Translations under genes and position numbers: made by a program
Notes under the pieces: model-generated
The model's database searches: none
Told to the model about the DNA's origin: nothing
The model's input: only the letters and a program-made list of their open reading frames with translations
Shown: positions 55,197 to 64,000 of the stretch, one piece after another
Layout: each line of letters starts with the position of its first letter
How positions within the stretch are numbered: position 1 is the stretch's first letter
Assembly (NCBI GenBank): GCA_044228955.1
Contig: JBGATY010000002.1
Location: 10,160 to 74,159, forward strand
Reading direction: 5' to 3'
Source: Planctomycetota bacterium
Lineage (GTDB): Bacteria > Planctomycetota > UBA1135 > GCA-002686595
DNA: 64,000 bases

Positions 55197-55639
55197 GCCA
55201 CTCCGCCATGAACGACACACGCGATCGCCGGTTTTTCCGCCATGGCCTGTTCCTCATCGTCACGGGGCTGGTCGCCGGACTGTTGATGCAGCGGATGCCG
55301 CACCCCCGTCTGGGTCTGGCAACGCATCTCGAGGCCCTGCTGCTGGGGATGTTGTTGCTCCTCTTGGGGCTCCTGTGGGGGCGCTTCTCGCTGCCCGCAT
55401 GGGCTCGAGCGCTGCTCGGGTGGTTGCCGATCCTCGGCGCGTACACCTCGGTCGGCGTCCACCTGTTCACAGCCCTGTTTCCCGCGGGCGAGTACTGGAT
55501 GCCGATCGCCGCCGCGGGCTCCACAGGGACGCCCTGGCAGGAGCGGATCGTCACAGCCGCCATGATCGTCATCGGCGTGACCATGCTGCCCGCCATGCTC
55601 ATCGCACTGTGGGGGATGCTCCGAGCGGAGGAAAGGTGA
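55193..55639 (+). CDS. small polytopic membrane protein of unknown function
   Basis: GTGA overlap with the previous stop (alternative ATG at 55208). Four hydrophobic helices. Confidence 0.55.
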   Translation: MSHSAMNDTRDRRFFRHGLFLIVTGLVAGLLMQRMPHPRLGLATHLEALLLGMLLLLLGLLWGRFSLPAWARALLGWLPILGAYTSVGVHLFTALFPAGEYWMPIAAAGSTGTPWQERIVTAAMIVIGVTMLPAMLIALWGMLRAEER

Positions 55640-55901
55640 GCCGGGCGCCGAACGGCGGGATTGCGTCCTGTTTCGATGCCGCTGCGGGGCGAACCCGAGA
55701 CCGGGAGCCGCTCGAGGGTGCTACCCGCAGAGCTGCTCGATGCGTACATCAAGGAGCACGGCCCGGTCGGCTGCGTGCGCGCTCGCAAGAGATCTGGAGG
55801 AATCGACGACGCGCGAGTCCGAATCAGGATGCTGGAGAGGCGCGCTCGGAGCCGGTTGATCAAAAAGACGAGTCATGAGATCTGCCACCGCGGAATAGAG
55901 T

Positions 55902-57422
55902 GTGCGCTCGATGTCGAACGAGAACGTGGGTGAGTTGGGTTGGCGCGACCATCCGCGGCTGCGTTTCCTCGTCGACGCGCCGGCGCGGATCGACGGTGAC
56001 CACGTCCTGTACTGGATGACGTCGGCGCGGCGCGCGCGCTGGAATTTCGGCCTGCAGCGTGCGGTGCGGTGGGCGAGCGAACTGGGGAAGCCGCTCGTGG
56101 TGCTCGAGGCGTTGCGTGCCGACTACCCTCACGCGAGCGATCGGCTGCACCGTTTCGTCCTCGACGGCATGCGCGCGAACGAGAGGGCGTTCGAGGGCAA
56201 GGACGTGCTGTACTGGCCGTTCGTCGAGCGCGAAGCGGGCGAGGGAAAGGGGCTCCTGGCAGCGCTCGCCAAGGACGCTTGTGTCGTCATCACGGACGAC
56301 TACCCGTGTTTCTTCCTGCCGCGCATGATCGAACGCGCGAGCGGCATCGTGAAAGCGCGTTTCGAGGCCGTCGATTCCAATGGGCTCCTTCCGCTGCGTG
56401 CAGCGGGCAAGTCTTTCGGCCGGGCCTTCGATTTCAGGCGGTTTCTGCAGCGCGAATTGCGTCCCCACCTCGCGCTCGCGCCGAAGAAGGACCCGCTCTC
56501 GCGGGCGAATCTGCCGAAGCTCGCGAAGTTGCCCGCCGAGGTCACGCGGCGATGGCCGCGCGCGGACACGAAACTGCTCGAGGGCTCGCCGGCTGCGCTT
56601 TCCAAGCTGCCGATCGATCACACGGTCGGCTCGACCGAAATCGAGGGTGGCGCGGAAGCGGGAGAGCGGGTGCTGAAGCGCTTCGTCGAGTCGAGGCTCG
56701 CCCGCTACGCCGAGGAGCGCAACGACGTCGAACTCGAAGCGACGAGCGGCCTGTCGCCCTATCTCCATTTCGGTCACGTCGGCGCGCACCAGGTGTTCGA
56801 GCGCGTCGTCGCGAGCGAGGGCTGGTCTCCAGACGTCCTCGGCGACAAGTCCACCGGTTCGCGCGAGGGTTGGTGGAAGATGAGCGCCCCCGCCGAGGCG
56901 TTCCTCGACCAGCTCGTCACGTGGCGCGAGCTCGGCTTCAACGCGTGCAGCCACGTCGAGGGCTTCGACACGTACGAATCGCTGCCCGACTGGGCGCGGA
57001 AGACGCTGGAGGAGCACGCCGGCGACGAGCGCAAGGAACGCTACACGCAGGCGCAGTTCGAGCGCGCGGAAACGCACGACGAACTCTGGAACGCCGCTCA
57101 GAACCAGTTGCGGCGTTCGGGCGCGATGCACAACTACCTGCGCATGCTGTGGGGCAAGAAGATCCTGCACTGGAGCAAGAGCCCCCGCGCCGCGCTCGCG
57201 ACCATGATCGAGTTGAACGACAAGTACGCCCTCGACGGGCGCGATCCCAACTCCTACAGCGGAATCCTGTGGACGCTGGGCAAGTACGATCGCCCGTGGG
57301 GGCCGGTGAGACCGATCTTCGGGACCGTCCGCTACATGTCGAGTGACAGCACACGCCGCAAGATGAAGGTCGACGCGTACATCGAGCGCTGGAACGAGAA
57401 AGGGACGCTGTTCGAGCCGTGA
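55902..57422 (+). CDS. class II CPD deoxyribodipyrimidine photolyase
   Basis: [20 protein letters not shown]...[30 protein letters not shown]...FGTVRYMS is the class II signature. Confidence 0.9.
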   Translation: MRSMSNENVGELGWRDHPRLRFLVDAPARIDGDHVLYWMTSARRARWNFGLQRAVRWASELGKPLVVLEALRADYPHASDRLHRFVLDGMRANERAFEGKDVLYWPFVEREAGEGKGLLAALAKDACVVITDDYPCFFLPRMIERASGIVKARFEAVDSNGLLPLRAAGKSFGRAFDFRRFLQRELRPHLALAPKKDPLSRANLPKLAKLPAEVTRRWPRADTKLLEGSPAALSKLPIDHTVGSTEIEGGAEAGERVLKRFVESRLARYAEERNDVELEATSGLSPYLHFGHVGAHQVFERVVASEGWSPDVLGDKSTGSREGWWKMSAPAEAFLDQLVTWRELGFNACSHVEGFDTYESLPDWARKTLEEHAGDERKERYTQAQFERAETHDELWNAAQNQLRRSGAMHNYLRMLWGKKILHWSKSPRAALATMIELNDKYALDGRDPNSYSGILWTLGKYDRPWGPVRPIFGTVRYMSSDSTRRKMKVDAYIERWNEKGTLFEP

Positions 57423-57477
57423 AGCGACTCCGCGCCGTATGGACCTGGATGCCGCTCGGCCCGTGGCCGCGGAGCGT

Positions 57478-57945
57478 TCAGCCTCCGAAGATCCTGGACA
57501 TCTGTTCCGTGCGGTAGTCGAAGATGCGTTCGACGTCGCGTCTCACAAGCAGGCGGTCGACGATCGAACCTCCGAGCACGGAGTAGCGCACGACGTCCTT
57601 GCAGCGCGTCCTCGCGCCCAGGTCCTCGAAGGAATGGTGGTGCAGCCACGATCGATAGGGGCCGCGCAACTGCTCGTCGGCGAAACCGTAGGGCGGATTC
57701 CAGTCGCGGATTCGGCTCCGCCAGCGCAGCGGGATCCCGTGCAGCTTGAGCCTGTAGTCGATCAGCGTCCCCGGACCGATCGTGGGTGTCGAGCAAGCGA
57801 CGATGTGGAAGTGCAGCCACGGCGGAGTCAGCTCGTTCAAGTTCTGCGGGTCCGCGAAGAACTCGAAGACCTCACGGATCCCACGCGACACGACGATGTC
57901 GCGTTCGATGAGGAACCCGCCGTTCTGGGCAGTCTTCATGCGCAA
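57478..57945 (-). CDS. SRPBCC-superfamily (polyketide-cyclase/START-like) protein
   Basis: 155 aa. [18 protein letters not shown]...[13 protein letters not shown] is typical of the SRPBCC family that co-occurs with photolyase and CFA-synthase genes. Confidence 0.75.
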   Translation of the reverse strand: MRMKTAQNGGFLIERDIVVSRGIREVFEFFADPQNLNELTPPWLHFHIVACSTPTIGPGTLIDYRLKLHGIPLRWRSRIRDWNPPYGFADEQLRGPYRSWLHHHSFEDLGARTRCKDVVRYSVLGGSIVDRLLVRRDVERIFDYRTEQMSRIFGG

Positions 57946-58137
57946 GCGCGGTTCGTTTCCAAGCGGCGTTCAGATGCAACATCCAGGCGGAATCAGGCCC
58001 ATCGAGGCGGATATTCAGCGGAAATGGCGGCGAGGTCCTTTTCCGACTCCATTCACGAGTCGCCTGCATCCGTGTCCGGAAACGGTGCGAAGCCTCTGAC
58101 ACTTGCGCCCCGCAACTCGACCGAAAGGACCTCAGTC

Positions 58138-59064
58138 ATGTTCACTTACGCAGCTTCCATTCTCTTCGTTTCCGCCGCGGCCCTCGCACCCCTGGCCGGT
58201 GATCAATGCTCCGGCTCGGCGGCCGTAGCCTCGCGTCCCGGTGACACGAAGGACATCATCGACACGGCCGTCGGGGCCGGGTCGTTCAAGACTCTCGCCG
58301 CCGCGATCGGCGCCGCGGGCCTCGTGCAGGACCTGAAGGGCAAGGGCCCCTTCACCGTGTTCGCGCCGACCGACGAGGCCTTCGCGAAGCTGCCGAAGGG
58401 CACGCTGGAGAAGCTCCTCGAGCCGAAGAACAAGTCCATGCTCCAGTCGATCCTCGCCTACCACGTCGTGTCCGGCGACGTCGGATCCGCGCAGGTCGTC
58501 AAGCTCTCGAACGCCGCGACCCTCGGAGGCCAGCGCGTCGACGTGCGCGTCACGGACGGCGGTGTGTTCATCGACAACGCGAAGGTCACGACGACTGACA
58601 TCCGCTGCTCGAACGGAGTCATACACGTCATCGACACCGTGCTGATGCCGAACACCGACGACGTCGTCGCGACCGCCGTCAGCGCGGGCTCGTTCAAGAC
58701 GCTCACGGCTGCGATCGAAGCCGCGGCCCTCGTGGAGGCGCTCAAGGGAGACGGTCCTTTCACCGTGTTCGCTCCGACCGACGAGGCGTTCGCCGCTCTT
58801 CCGAAGGGCACCGTCGAAAACCTCCTGAAGCCCGAGAACAAGGCCAAGCTCGCGAGCCTCTTGAAGTATCACGTCGTCTCGGGCCGCGTATTCTCCGACG
58901 TCGCCGCCAAGGGCGTGACCGCGGCTACGCTCCAGGGTCACGAAATCAAGACGCGCACGGTCGATGGGCAGGTGTTCGTCAACGACGCCCGGGTCGTCAA
59001 GGCCGACATCGACGCGAAGAACGGCGTCATCCATGTGATCGACCGCGTGCTCGCGTTCGAGTGA
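58138..59064 (+). CDS. secreted protein with two fasciclin (FAS1) domains
   Basis: ATG at 58138 and a signal peptide. Two copies of [36 protein letters not shown]...[10 protein letters not shown]. Confidence 0.9.
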   Translation: MFTYAASILFVSAAALAPLAGDQCSGSAAVASRPGDTKDIIDTAVGAGSFKTLAAAIGAAGLVQDLKGKGPFTVFAPTDEAFAKLPKGTLEKLLEPKNKSMLQSILAYHVVSGDVGSAQVVKLSNAATLGGQRVDVRVTDGGVFIDNAKVTTTDIRCSNGVIHVIDTVLMPNTDDVVATAVSAGSFKTLTAAIEAAALVEALKGDGPFTVFAPTDEAFAALPKGTVENLLKPENKAKLASLLKYHVVSGRVFSDVAAKGVTAATLQGHEIKTRTVDGQVFVNDARVVKADIDAKNGVIHVIDRVLAFE

Positions 59065-59184
59065 ATCGTGTCTTGCGCGCTCGTGTGCTGTGGTACCGAG
59101 CGGGCCCGTGTTGCTAGAGTACGTCGTCGTCCCGCTCGCGGGGCGGCGACGCTCGACTTCACGAGTTCGTGCCGACTGGACCGA

Positions 59185-59748
59185 ATGAAGGACAAGGAGA
59201 TCGAACAAGACCTGCTCCTGCCGCGCGTGGCGCGCGGAGAGGCGGACGCCGTACAGGCGTGCATCGCTCGGTACGGACCGCTCGTGTGGTCGCTCTCGAA
59301 GCGCCTGACGCGCGACACGAGCGCCCTCGAGGATCTCGTGCAGGAGATCTTCATCGCGATCTGGAAGAACGCCGGCAGCTACGACTCCAAGTTGGGTTCC
59401 GAGTCCACGTTCATCGCCACCATCGCGCGACGCAAGGTCATTGACCGTCATCGCCGGACGCAGCGCAGCCCGAAGACGGAAGTCCTCGAGGAATCGTCGA
59501 TGACGGGCGAGGAAGCGGGCTTCGAGAGCGTCGACGTGGGTGACGACGCTCGCCGTGCCAACGAAGTGCTCGGCCAGCTCCGGCCCGAACAACGAAAGCT
59601 CATCTTGATGTCGGTCGTGCAGGGTCTCACGCACCACGAGATCGCCGCGGCGACCGGAATTCCCTTGGGCACGATCAAGAGCCACATCCGGCGAGGACTG
59701 GAGCGCGCCGCGCAGGTGCTGCGTTCGTCCGATGGAGGTGCTCCTTGA
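59185..59748 (+). CDS. ECF sigma factor (SigK-like by context)
   Basis: ATG at 59185. DLVQEIFIAIWKNAGSYD (region 2) and LILMSVVQGLTHHEIAAATGIPLGTIKSHIRRGL (region 4). Confidence 0.9.
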   Translation: MKDKEIEQDLLLPRVARGEADAVQACIARYGPLVWSLSKRLTRDTSALEDLVQEIFIAIWKNAGSYDSKLGSESTFIATIARRKVIDRHRRTQRSPKTEVLEESSMTGEEAGFESVDVGDDARRANEVLGQLRPEQRKLILMSVVQGLTHHEIAAATGIPLGTIKSHIRRGLERAAQVLRSSDGGAP

Positions 59749-60506
59749 ACCAGCTCCAGCACGAATCTTGGGACGAGCGCACGTTCGACCTCGCGATCGA
59801 GGAAGTCACGTGCGGACTCGCGCCGGCCGAGCTGGCCGAGCTGTTGTCGCGTGTCGATCGACGTGAACTGGCGCAGCTCGAGCGTGCCGCCGCGGCGTTG
59901 ACCATCGCCGGCCTGGGTCGGCTCGAGCAGCCGCCCGCCGCGCTCACGGCACGACTGCAGAAGCAGGCGCGTTCGCAGTCCGCCGCGATGGCGCCGGCGC
60001 TTCCAGCCTCGCGCTCGAAGCCGAATTGGGTTGCATGGACCGGGTGGCTCGCGGCGGCGGCCGTGTTGATCGCGTTCCTCTCGCGCGGAGTCTTCGAACG
60101 CGCACGGAGTGCGGCCGAGCAGCGCGAACTGCTCGTGGCGAGCGCAGGCGACGTGTCTCGCGCCTCGTGGAAGGCGACCGCTGATCCGCTCGCCGGCTCG
60201 ATCAGCGGCGACGTCGTGTGGAGCAAGGCGCGCCAGGAAGGCTACATGCGCTTCCTAGACCTCCCTGCGAACGACCCGAAGAAGAGCCAGTACCAACTGT
60301 GGATCTTCGACGCGTCACGCGCGGAGTGGGACGCCAAGCCCGTCGATGGCGGCGTGTTCGACATCGGGCCCGGCGGCGAAGTCGTCGTGCCGATCCGCGC
60401 GAAGCTCGAGGTGCGCGACGCGAAGCTGTTCGGCGTGACCCTCGAAGCCCCCGGCGGGGTCGTGGTCTCGAAACGCGAGCACCTGCTCGCGACTGCGTCG
60501 CTCTGA
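59745..60506 (+). CDS. anti-sigma factor with RskA-type C-terminal domain
   Basis: TTG start overlaps the sigma stop, with GGAGGTG 5 nt upstream. Central TM helix WLAAAAVLIAFL. C-terminal YQLWIFDA...KPVDGGVF...AKLFGVTLEAPGG matches the anti-sigma-K RskA domain pattern. Confidence 0.8.
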   Translation: MNQLQHESWDERTFDLAIEEVTCGLAPAELAELLSRVDRRELAQLERAAAALTIAGLGRLEQPPAALTARLQKQARSQSAAMAPALPASRSKPNWVAWTGWLAAAAVLIAFLSRGVFERARSAAEQRELLVASAGDVSRASWKATADPLAGSISGDVVWSKARQEGYMRFLDLPANDPKKSQYQLWIFDASRAEWDAKPVDGGVFDIGPGGEVVVPIRAKLEVRDAKLFGVTLEAPGGVVVSKREHLLATASL

Positions 60507-60509
60507 TCC

Positions 60510-61319
60510 TCAGCTCGCGAGCAATCGACTCGCGACTTCGATCGCCTCGCGCGGCGAGTTCGCGAATGCGTCGGCTCCGGCGCGCTTCCAGGTCTTCTCC
60601 TGGGCCGCGAACGCCGATCCGCCGACGATGATCCGCTCGACGCGGGGAGCGCGGGCCAGGATGCGTTCGATCAGTCGACGCGTGACGCCGGTCGCGAAGT
60701 GCTCGTCAGCGATGCTGATCTGCCCGCGGTGCCACATGCGTCCGAGTTCGCGTTGCGCAGGCACGATCACCGCCTCGAGCGCGTCGCGCACCGAGAGGCA
60801 GCCGTTTCCGATGGCTTCGAGGACGACGGCGAGCGCGCGCGGTTCGTCGTACGCGAGCATGGCGGCGAGGTGATCCGCAGCGATTTGGCCGCGAGGATCG
60901 TTCGTGTCGATGCCGTCGTCCAGGGGAGCGGCCACGAGCGAAAGCTCGCCGCGGGCGCGCTCGAAGTACGGCGGCAGCATCGACCACGCGTCGGTCGGGA
61001 GCGATTCTTCCAAGACCTCGCGCAGGCAGGCGAGCGCGTCCTTCAACGTCTCGGTCGAGACGCCCCTCGCGACGAATGCGTCGCGCGACCACGCATTGCG
61101 CGCCGCGAAACCGGCGGGAGCATCGTCCTCCAGCGCGGCGGCCAATCCGGCGAGCAGGTTCCGTTCGTATGTGCGCCAGCCCTCGATGCTGTCCATACTG
61201 GACGCCGCTGGCGAGCGTGCCACCAGGCGACTCGCCGCCAGACCCGCGAAGCCCTCCTGGCTCGCCCGAAGCAATGCGGCCGTGAACGCGGTCGAGATCA
61301 TGCTGCTCATCTGTACCAA
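60510..61319 (-). CDS. sensor-like protein with CarH-type B12-cap helical bundle (W-x9-EH) but no intact B12 Rossmann domain
   Basis: VIVPAQRELGRMWHRGQISIADEHFATG is the B12-binding_2 cap motif. It is followed after ~20 aa by IIVGGSAF...GADAFANSPREA (the end of a B12 Rossmann domain). The D/ExHxxG segment is absent. Confidence 0.6.
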   Translation of the reverse strand: MVQMSSMISTAFTAALLRASQEGFAGLAASRLVARSPAASSMDSIEGWRTYERNLLAGLAAALEDDAPAGFAARNAWSRDAFVARGVSTETLKDALACLREVLEESLPTDAWSMLPPYFERARGELSLVAAPLDDGIDTNDPRGQIAADHLAAMLAYDEPRALAVVLEAIGNGCLSVRDALEAVIVPAQRELGRMWHRGQISIADEHFATGVTRRLIERILARAPRVERIIVGGSAFAAQEKTWKRAGADAFANSPREAIEVASRLLAS

Positions 61320-61417
61320 CCCTTACGCACGGCAATGAAGCCGTCAACAGACTTGTCGCCGTCTTTCTTTCCGCCAGACGAGCGCATCCAACGCGCTCGT
61401 GGAGCGAACACCAGAGC

Positions 61418-62248
61418 GTGTCGTCCGCAAACCTGATCCTCCCGCTGATCGGCCTCGCCGTGCTCTCCCTTGGGATGCTCGTCGGCTGGCTGGTGCAGCG
61501 CCGCAGGCGCAACGCGGGCATCGTGGACCTCCTGTGGACGGTCGGGCTCGGCGGGCTGGCGATCGGCTACGCCGTTTTCGCCTCCGGATGGGCGCCACGC
61601 CGCATCCTCATCGGGTGCCTGGCGGGCATCTGGGCCGCGCGCCTCGCTCTCCACCTCGGAAAGCGCATCGCCTCGGAGAAGGAAGACGGGCGTTATGCGG
61701 CGATGCGCGTGAAGCTCGGGGCGCGCTTCGACGGGGCGATGTTCGCGTTCTTCCAGGCGCAGGCGCTGCTCGCCGTGCTGCTCTCGTTCGCCTACCTCGT
61801 GCCCAGCGCCGCGGACGAGCCGGGCTTCGGAATCCGCGACGTCGCGGCGGTCGTTGTCTGGATGGTCGCCCTCGTCGGTGAGGGTGTAGCCGACCGCCAG
61901 TTGGCCGCGTGGCGCGCGAACCCCGCGAACAAGGGGCGCACGTGCCGCGCCGGGCTGTGGAAGTACTCGCGCCACCCGAACTACTTCTTCGAGTGGATGC
62001 ACTGGCTCGCCTATCCCATCGCCGCCATCGGTCTGCCCCTCGGCTGGATCGGCTGGTTCGCGCCGCTCCTGATGCTCGTCCTGGTCGTCAAAGTCACGGG
62101 TATTCCGCCCACGGAAGAACAGGCCGTGCGGAGTCGAGGTGACGACTACCGCGAATATCAGCGCACCACCAACGCGTTCTTCCCCGGGACCTCGCGGGCG
62201 AGCCGCGGAACAGGGAAGAACCTCGAGAACGTCACCAAATCGGCATGA
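61418..62248 (+). CDS. DUF1295 (steroid-5-alpha-reductase/ICMT-like) membrane protein
   Basis: WKYSRHPNYFFEWMHWLAY motif and a polytopic membrane layout. Confidence 0.85.
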   Translation: MSSANLILPLIGLAVLSLGMLVGWLVQRRRRNAGIVDLLWTVGLGGLAIGYAVFASGWAPRRILIGCLAGIWAARLALHLGKRIASEKEDGRYAAMRVKLGARFDGAMFAFFQAQALLAVLLSFAYLVPSAADEPGFGIRDVAAVVVWMVALVGEGVADRQLAAWRANPANKGRTCRAGLWKYSRHPNYFFEWMHWLAYPIAAIGLPLGWIGWFAPLLMLVLVVKVTGIPPTEEQAVRSRGDDYREYQRTTNAFFPGTSRASRGTGKNLENVTKSA

Positions 62249-63297
62249 AGACCGCACTGAAGCTCGTCGAGAACGGGTACGTCCCGAAACCGCTCCTGCG
62301 CACGGGGATCCGCGGCCTGTTGCGTGACCGCTTGCGCGAACAGGCGCGCATCTTCGGCCTGGACCGCGAACGCGCGCTCGAGGCCTGGATGGCGTCGATG
62401 CGCGGCGATTCGATCGCGCTGGTGCCCGAGAAGGCCAACGAGCAGCACTACGAGGTGCCGCCGCGCTTCTTCGAACTGACGCTCGGCCGACGGCTGAAGT
62501 ACAGCAGCGGCTTCTATTCCTCGCGGAACACCACGCTCGACGAGGCCGAGGAGGCGATGCTGGAGCTGACCACGGAGCGCGCGCGACTCGAGGACGGCCA
62601 GGATGTCCTCGAACTCGGCTGCGGCTGGGGTTCGCTCACGCTGTGGATGGGCGAGCACTTCCCAGGCTCGCGCATCACGGGCGTGTCGAACTCGGCGCCT
62701 CAGCGCGCCCACATCGAGCACGAAGCCCGCCGGCGCGGCCTGAAAAACGTGACCATCGTGACCCGCGACATGAACTCGTTCGAGGCCGGCGCGCGCTTCG
62801 ACCGCGTCGTCTCGGTCGAGATGTTCGAGCACATGCGGAACTGGGAAGCGCTCCTGGCTCGCGTGGCGAACTGGTTGCGCCCCGATGGCCGGCTGTTCCT
62901 GCATGTCTTCGCGCACAAGACCTTCGCGTACCCGTTCGACGTCCGAGACGACACGGATTGGATGAGCCGGTTCTTCTTCAGCGGCGGGATGATGCCGAGC
63001 CACGACCTCGCGGCGCGCGTGTCGTCGCCATTCGAGAGCGAGGCGGACTGGATCGTGCCGGGGACACACTATGCGCGCACCTCCGAGGACTGGCTCTCCA
63101 AACTCGAGGCGCACAAGAGCGAGGTGCTCGAACTGTTTCGGTCGACGTACGGCACCGACGACGCGGGCATCTGGTATCAGCGCTGGCGCCTGTTCTACCT
63201 CGCTTGCGCGGAGCTGTTCGCCTACCGGGACGGCACCGAATGGGTCGTCTCGCACCGGCTGCTGCGCCTGAAAACGGCGAGATCGGCTCGAGCGTGA
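62245..63297 (+). CDS. cyclopropane-fatty-acyl-phospholipid synthase-family SAM methyltransferase
   Basis: ATGA overlap with the previous stop. HYEVPPRFFELTLG, VLELGCGWGSL and MFEHM motifs. Confidence 0.9.
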   Translation: MKTALKLVENGYVPKPLLRTGIRGLLRDRLREQARIFGLDRERALEAWMASMRGDSIALVPEKANEQHYEVPPRFFELTLGRRLKYSSGFYSSRNTTLDEAEEAMLELTTERARLEDGQDVLELGCGWGSLTLWMGEHFPGSRITGVSNSAPQRAHIEHEARRRGLKNVTIVTRDMNSFEAGARFDRVVSVEMFEHMRNWEALLARVANWLRPDGRLFLHVFAHKTFAYPFDVRDDTDWMSRFFFSGGMMPSHDLAARVSSPFESEADWIVPGTHYARTSEDWLSKLEAHKSEVLELFRSTYGTDDAGIWYQRWRLFYLACAELFAYRDGTEWVVSHRLLRLKTARSARA

Positions 63298-64000
63298 AGA
63301 TCGCCGTCGTCGGAACCGGGATCGCGGGCATGGTCGTCGCGCGCAGGCTGCACCGCGAGCACGAAATCACCGTGTTCGAGGCGGACGAGCGCATCGGCGG
63401 GCACACGAACACCGTCGACGTCGAGGTCGCGGGGGCGACTCTGCCGGTCGACACCGGGTTCATCGTGTTCAACGAGAAGACCTACCCGAACTTCTGCGCC
63501 CTGCTGCGCGAGCTCGGCGTGCCGTGGCAGGCGAGCGAGATGAGTTTCTCGGTGCGCTGCGATGCAAGCGGACTCGAATACAACGGCACGTCGATCGACG
63601 GGCTCCTCGCGCAGCGGACGAATGCCCTCCGTCCGTCGTTCTGGCGGATGGTGCGCGACATCCTGCGGTTCTATCGCGAAGCGCCACACCTGCTCGCAGC
63701 GGGCGACGACGATCTCACGCTCGGCGAGTTCCTGGACCGCGGTGGCTACTCGGACATGTTCGTGCACAAGCACATCCTGCCGATGGGTGCCGCGATCTGG
63801 TCTGCGCGGCTCGAGAACATGCGCACCTTCCCGATGCGCTTCCTCGTGCAGTTCTTCCACAACCACGGATTCATGCAAGTCGACGGCCGGCCACAGTGGC
63901 TGACGATCCGCGGCGGTTCGCGCGCCTATGCGCAGGAACTCGTAGCTCCCTTCCGTGATCGCATCCGTCTGCGGACGCCGGTCACGAGCGTTCGCCGCGT
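63294..64000 (+). CDS. FAD-dependent amine-oxidase-like oxidoreductase, 3'-partial
   Basis: GTGA overlap with the previous stop. My translation is VKIAVVGTGIAGMVVARRL...VFEADERIGGHTNTV...DTGFIVFNEKTYPNF. The frame is open to the window end. Confidence 0.85.
   Translation, partial: MKIAVVGTGIAGMVVARRLHREHEITVFEADERIGGHTNTVDVEVAGATLPVDTGFIVFNEKTYPNFCALLRELGVPWQASEMSFSVRCDASGLEYNGTSIDGLLAQRTNALRPSFWRMVRDILRFYREAPHLLAAGDDDLTLGEFLDRGGYSDMFVHKHILPMGAAIWSARLENMRTFPMRFLVQFFHNHGFMQVDGRPQWLTIRGGSRAYAQELVAPFRDRIRLRTPVTSVRR

Noticed and set aside
55661-55933. 90-aa plus-strand ORF between the small membrane protein and the photolyase
   Set aside because: It has some GC3 bias in the middle but no recognisable motif, an Arg-rich tail and a 32-nt overlap with the photolyase start. 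There is not enough support to call it.
59181-59186. CCGAAT immediately at the ECF sigma start, recalled vaguely as SigK -10-like
   Set aside because: I cannot recall the SigK promoter consensus reliably, and the position overlapping the start codon is implausible. It is not reported as a feature.

Overview
High-GC bacterial chromosomal window. I call about 58 protein genes. I saw no rRNA, CRISPR array, intact integrase or transposase. The gene content suggests a Planctomycetota-like or related lineage (inference only): a PSCyt/DUF1549/DUF1553 + DUF1501 pair, a DUF1800/DUF1501 pair, FG-GAP propeller proteins and two ECF sigma/anti-sigma pairs. Many long ORFs in the track are antisense shadows typical of high-GC DNA and were discarded.

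Modules, left to right:
(1) 0.7-7.4 kb: a cusB-cusA-cusC-like Cu/Ag RND efflux operon on a visibly lower-GC block. The block ends at a tRNA-Arg(CCU)-derived 3' remnant and is flanked by two homologous mini-ORFs.
(2) 7.9-13.7 kb: acetyltransferase, Mut7-C RNase, SGNH hydrolase, a lipoprotein and a 7-blade FG-GAP protein.
(3) 14.7-18.6 kb: a translationally coupled operon of ECF sigma, anti-sigma, membrane protein, DUF1800 and DUF1501.
(4) 19.1-26.3 kb: a secreted alpha/beta hydrolase and a DUF1501 + PSCyt/DUF1553 pair.
(5) 27.6-30.7 kb: copZ-csoR-copA with a promoter-embedded CsoR-type operator.
(6) 38.9-44.9 kb: an outer-membrane protein, a Tat-signal persulfide-dioxygenase/rhodanese fusion, split YeeE/YedE, a triple rhodanese and an ArsR regulator, i.e. 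an envelope-facing sulfide/persulfide module. It has an odd stop-less upstream ORF, a strong terminator and a tandem AT-rich operator.
(7) 47.3-55.6 kb: Rrf2 regulator, a collapsed SDR remnant, a TCAF-like M60 peptidase, a LigB dioxygenase, a P450 and unknown membrane proteins.
(8) 55.9-64.0 kb: a photo-oxidative-stress/SigK-RskA-type cluster with class II photolyase, SRPBCC, 2xFAS1 protein, ECF sigma, RskA-like anti-sigma, a CarH-type B12-cap protein lacking the Rossmann core, DUF1295, CFA synthase and amine oxidase.

The most interesting unexplained signal is a ~130-153 aa Cys-containing C-terminal domain shared by three otherwise unrelated secreted proteins. It is a candidate unrecognised sorting or anchoring tag.
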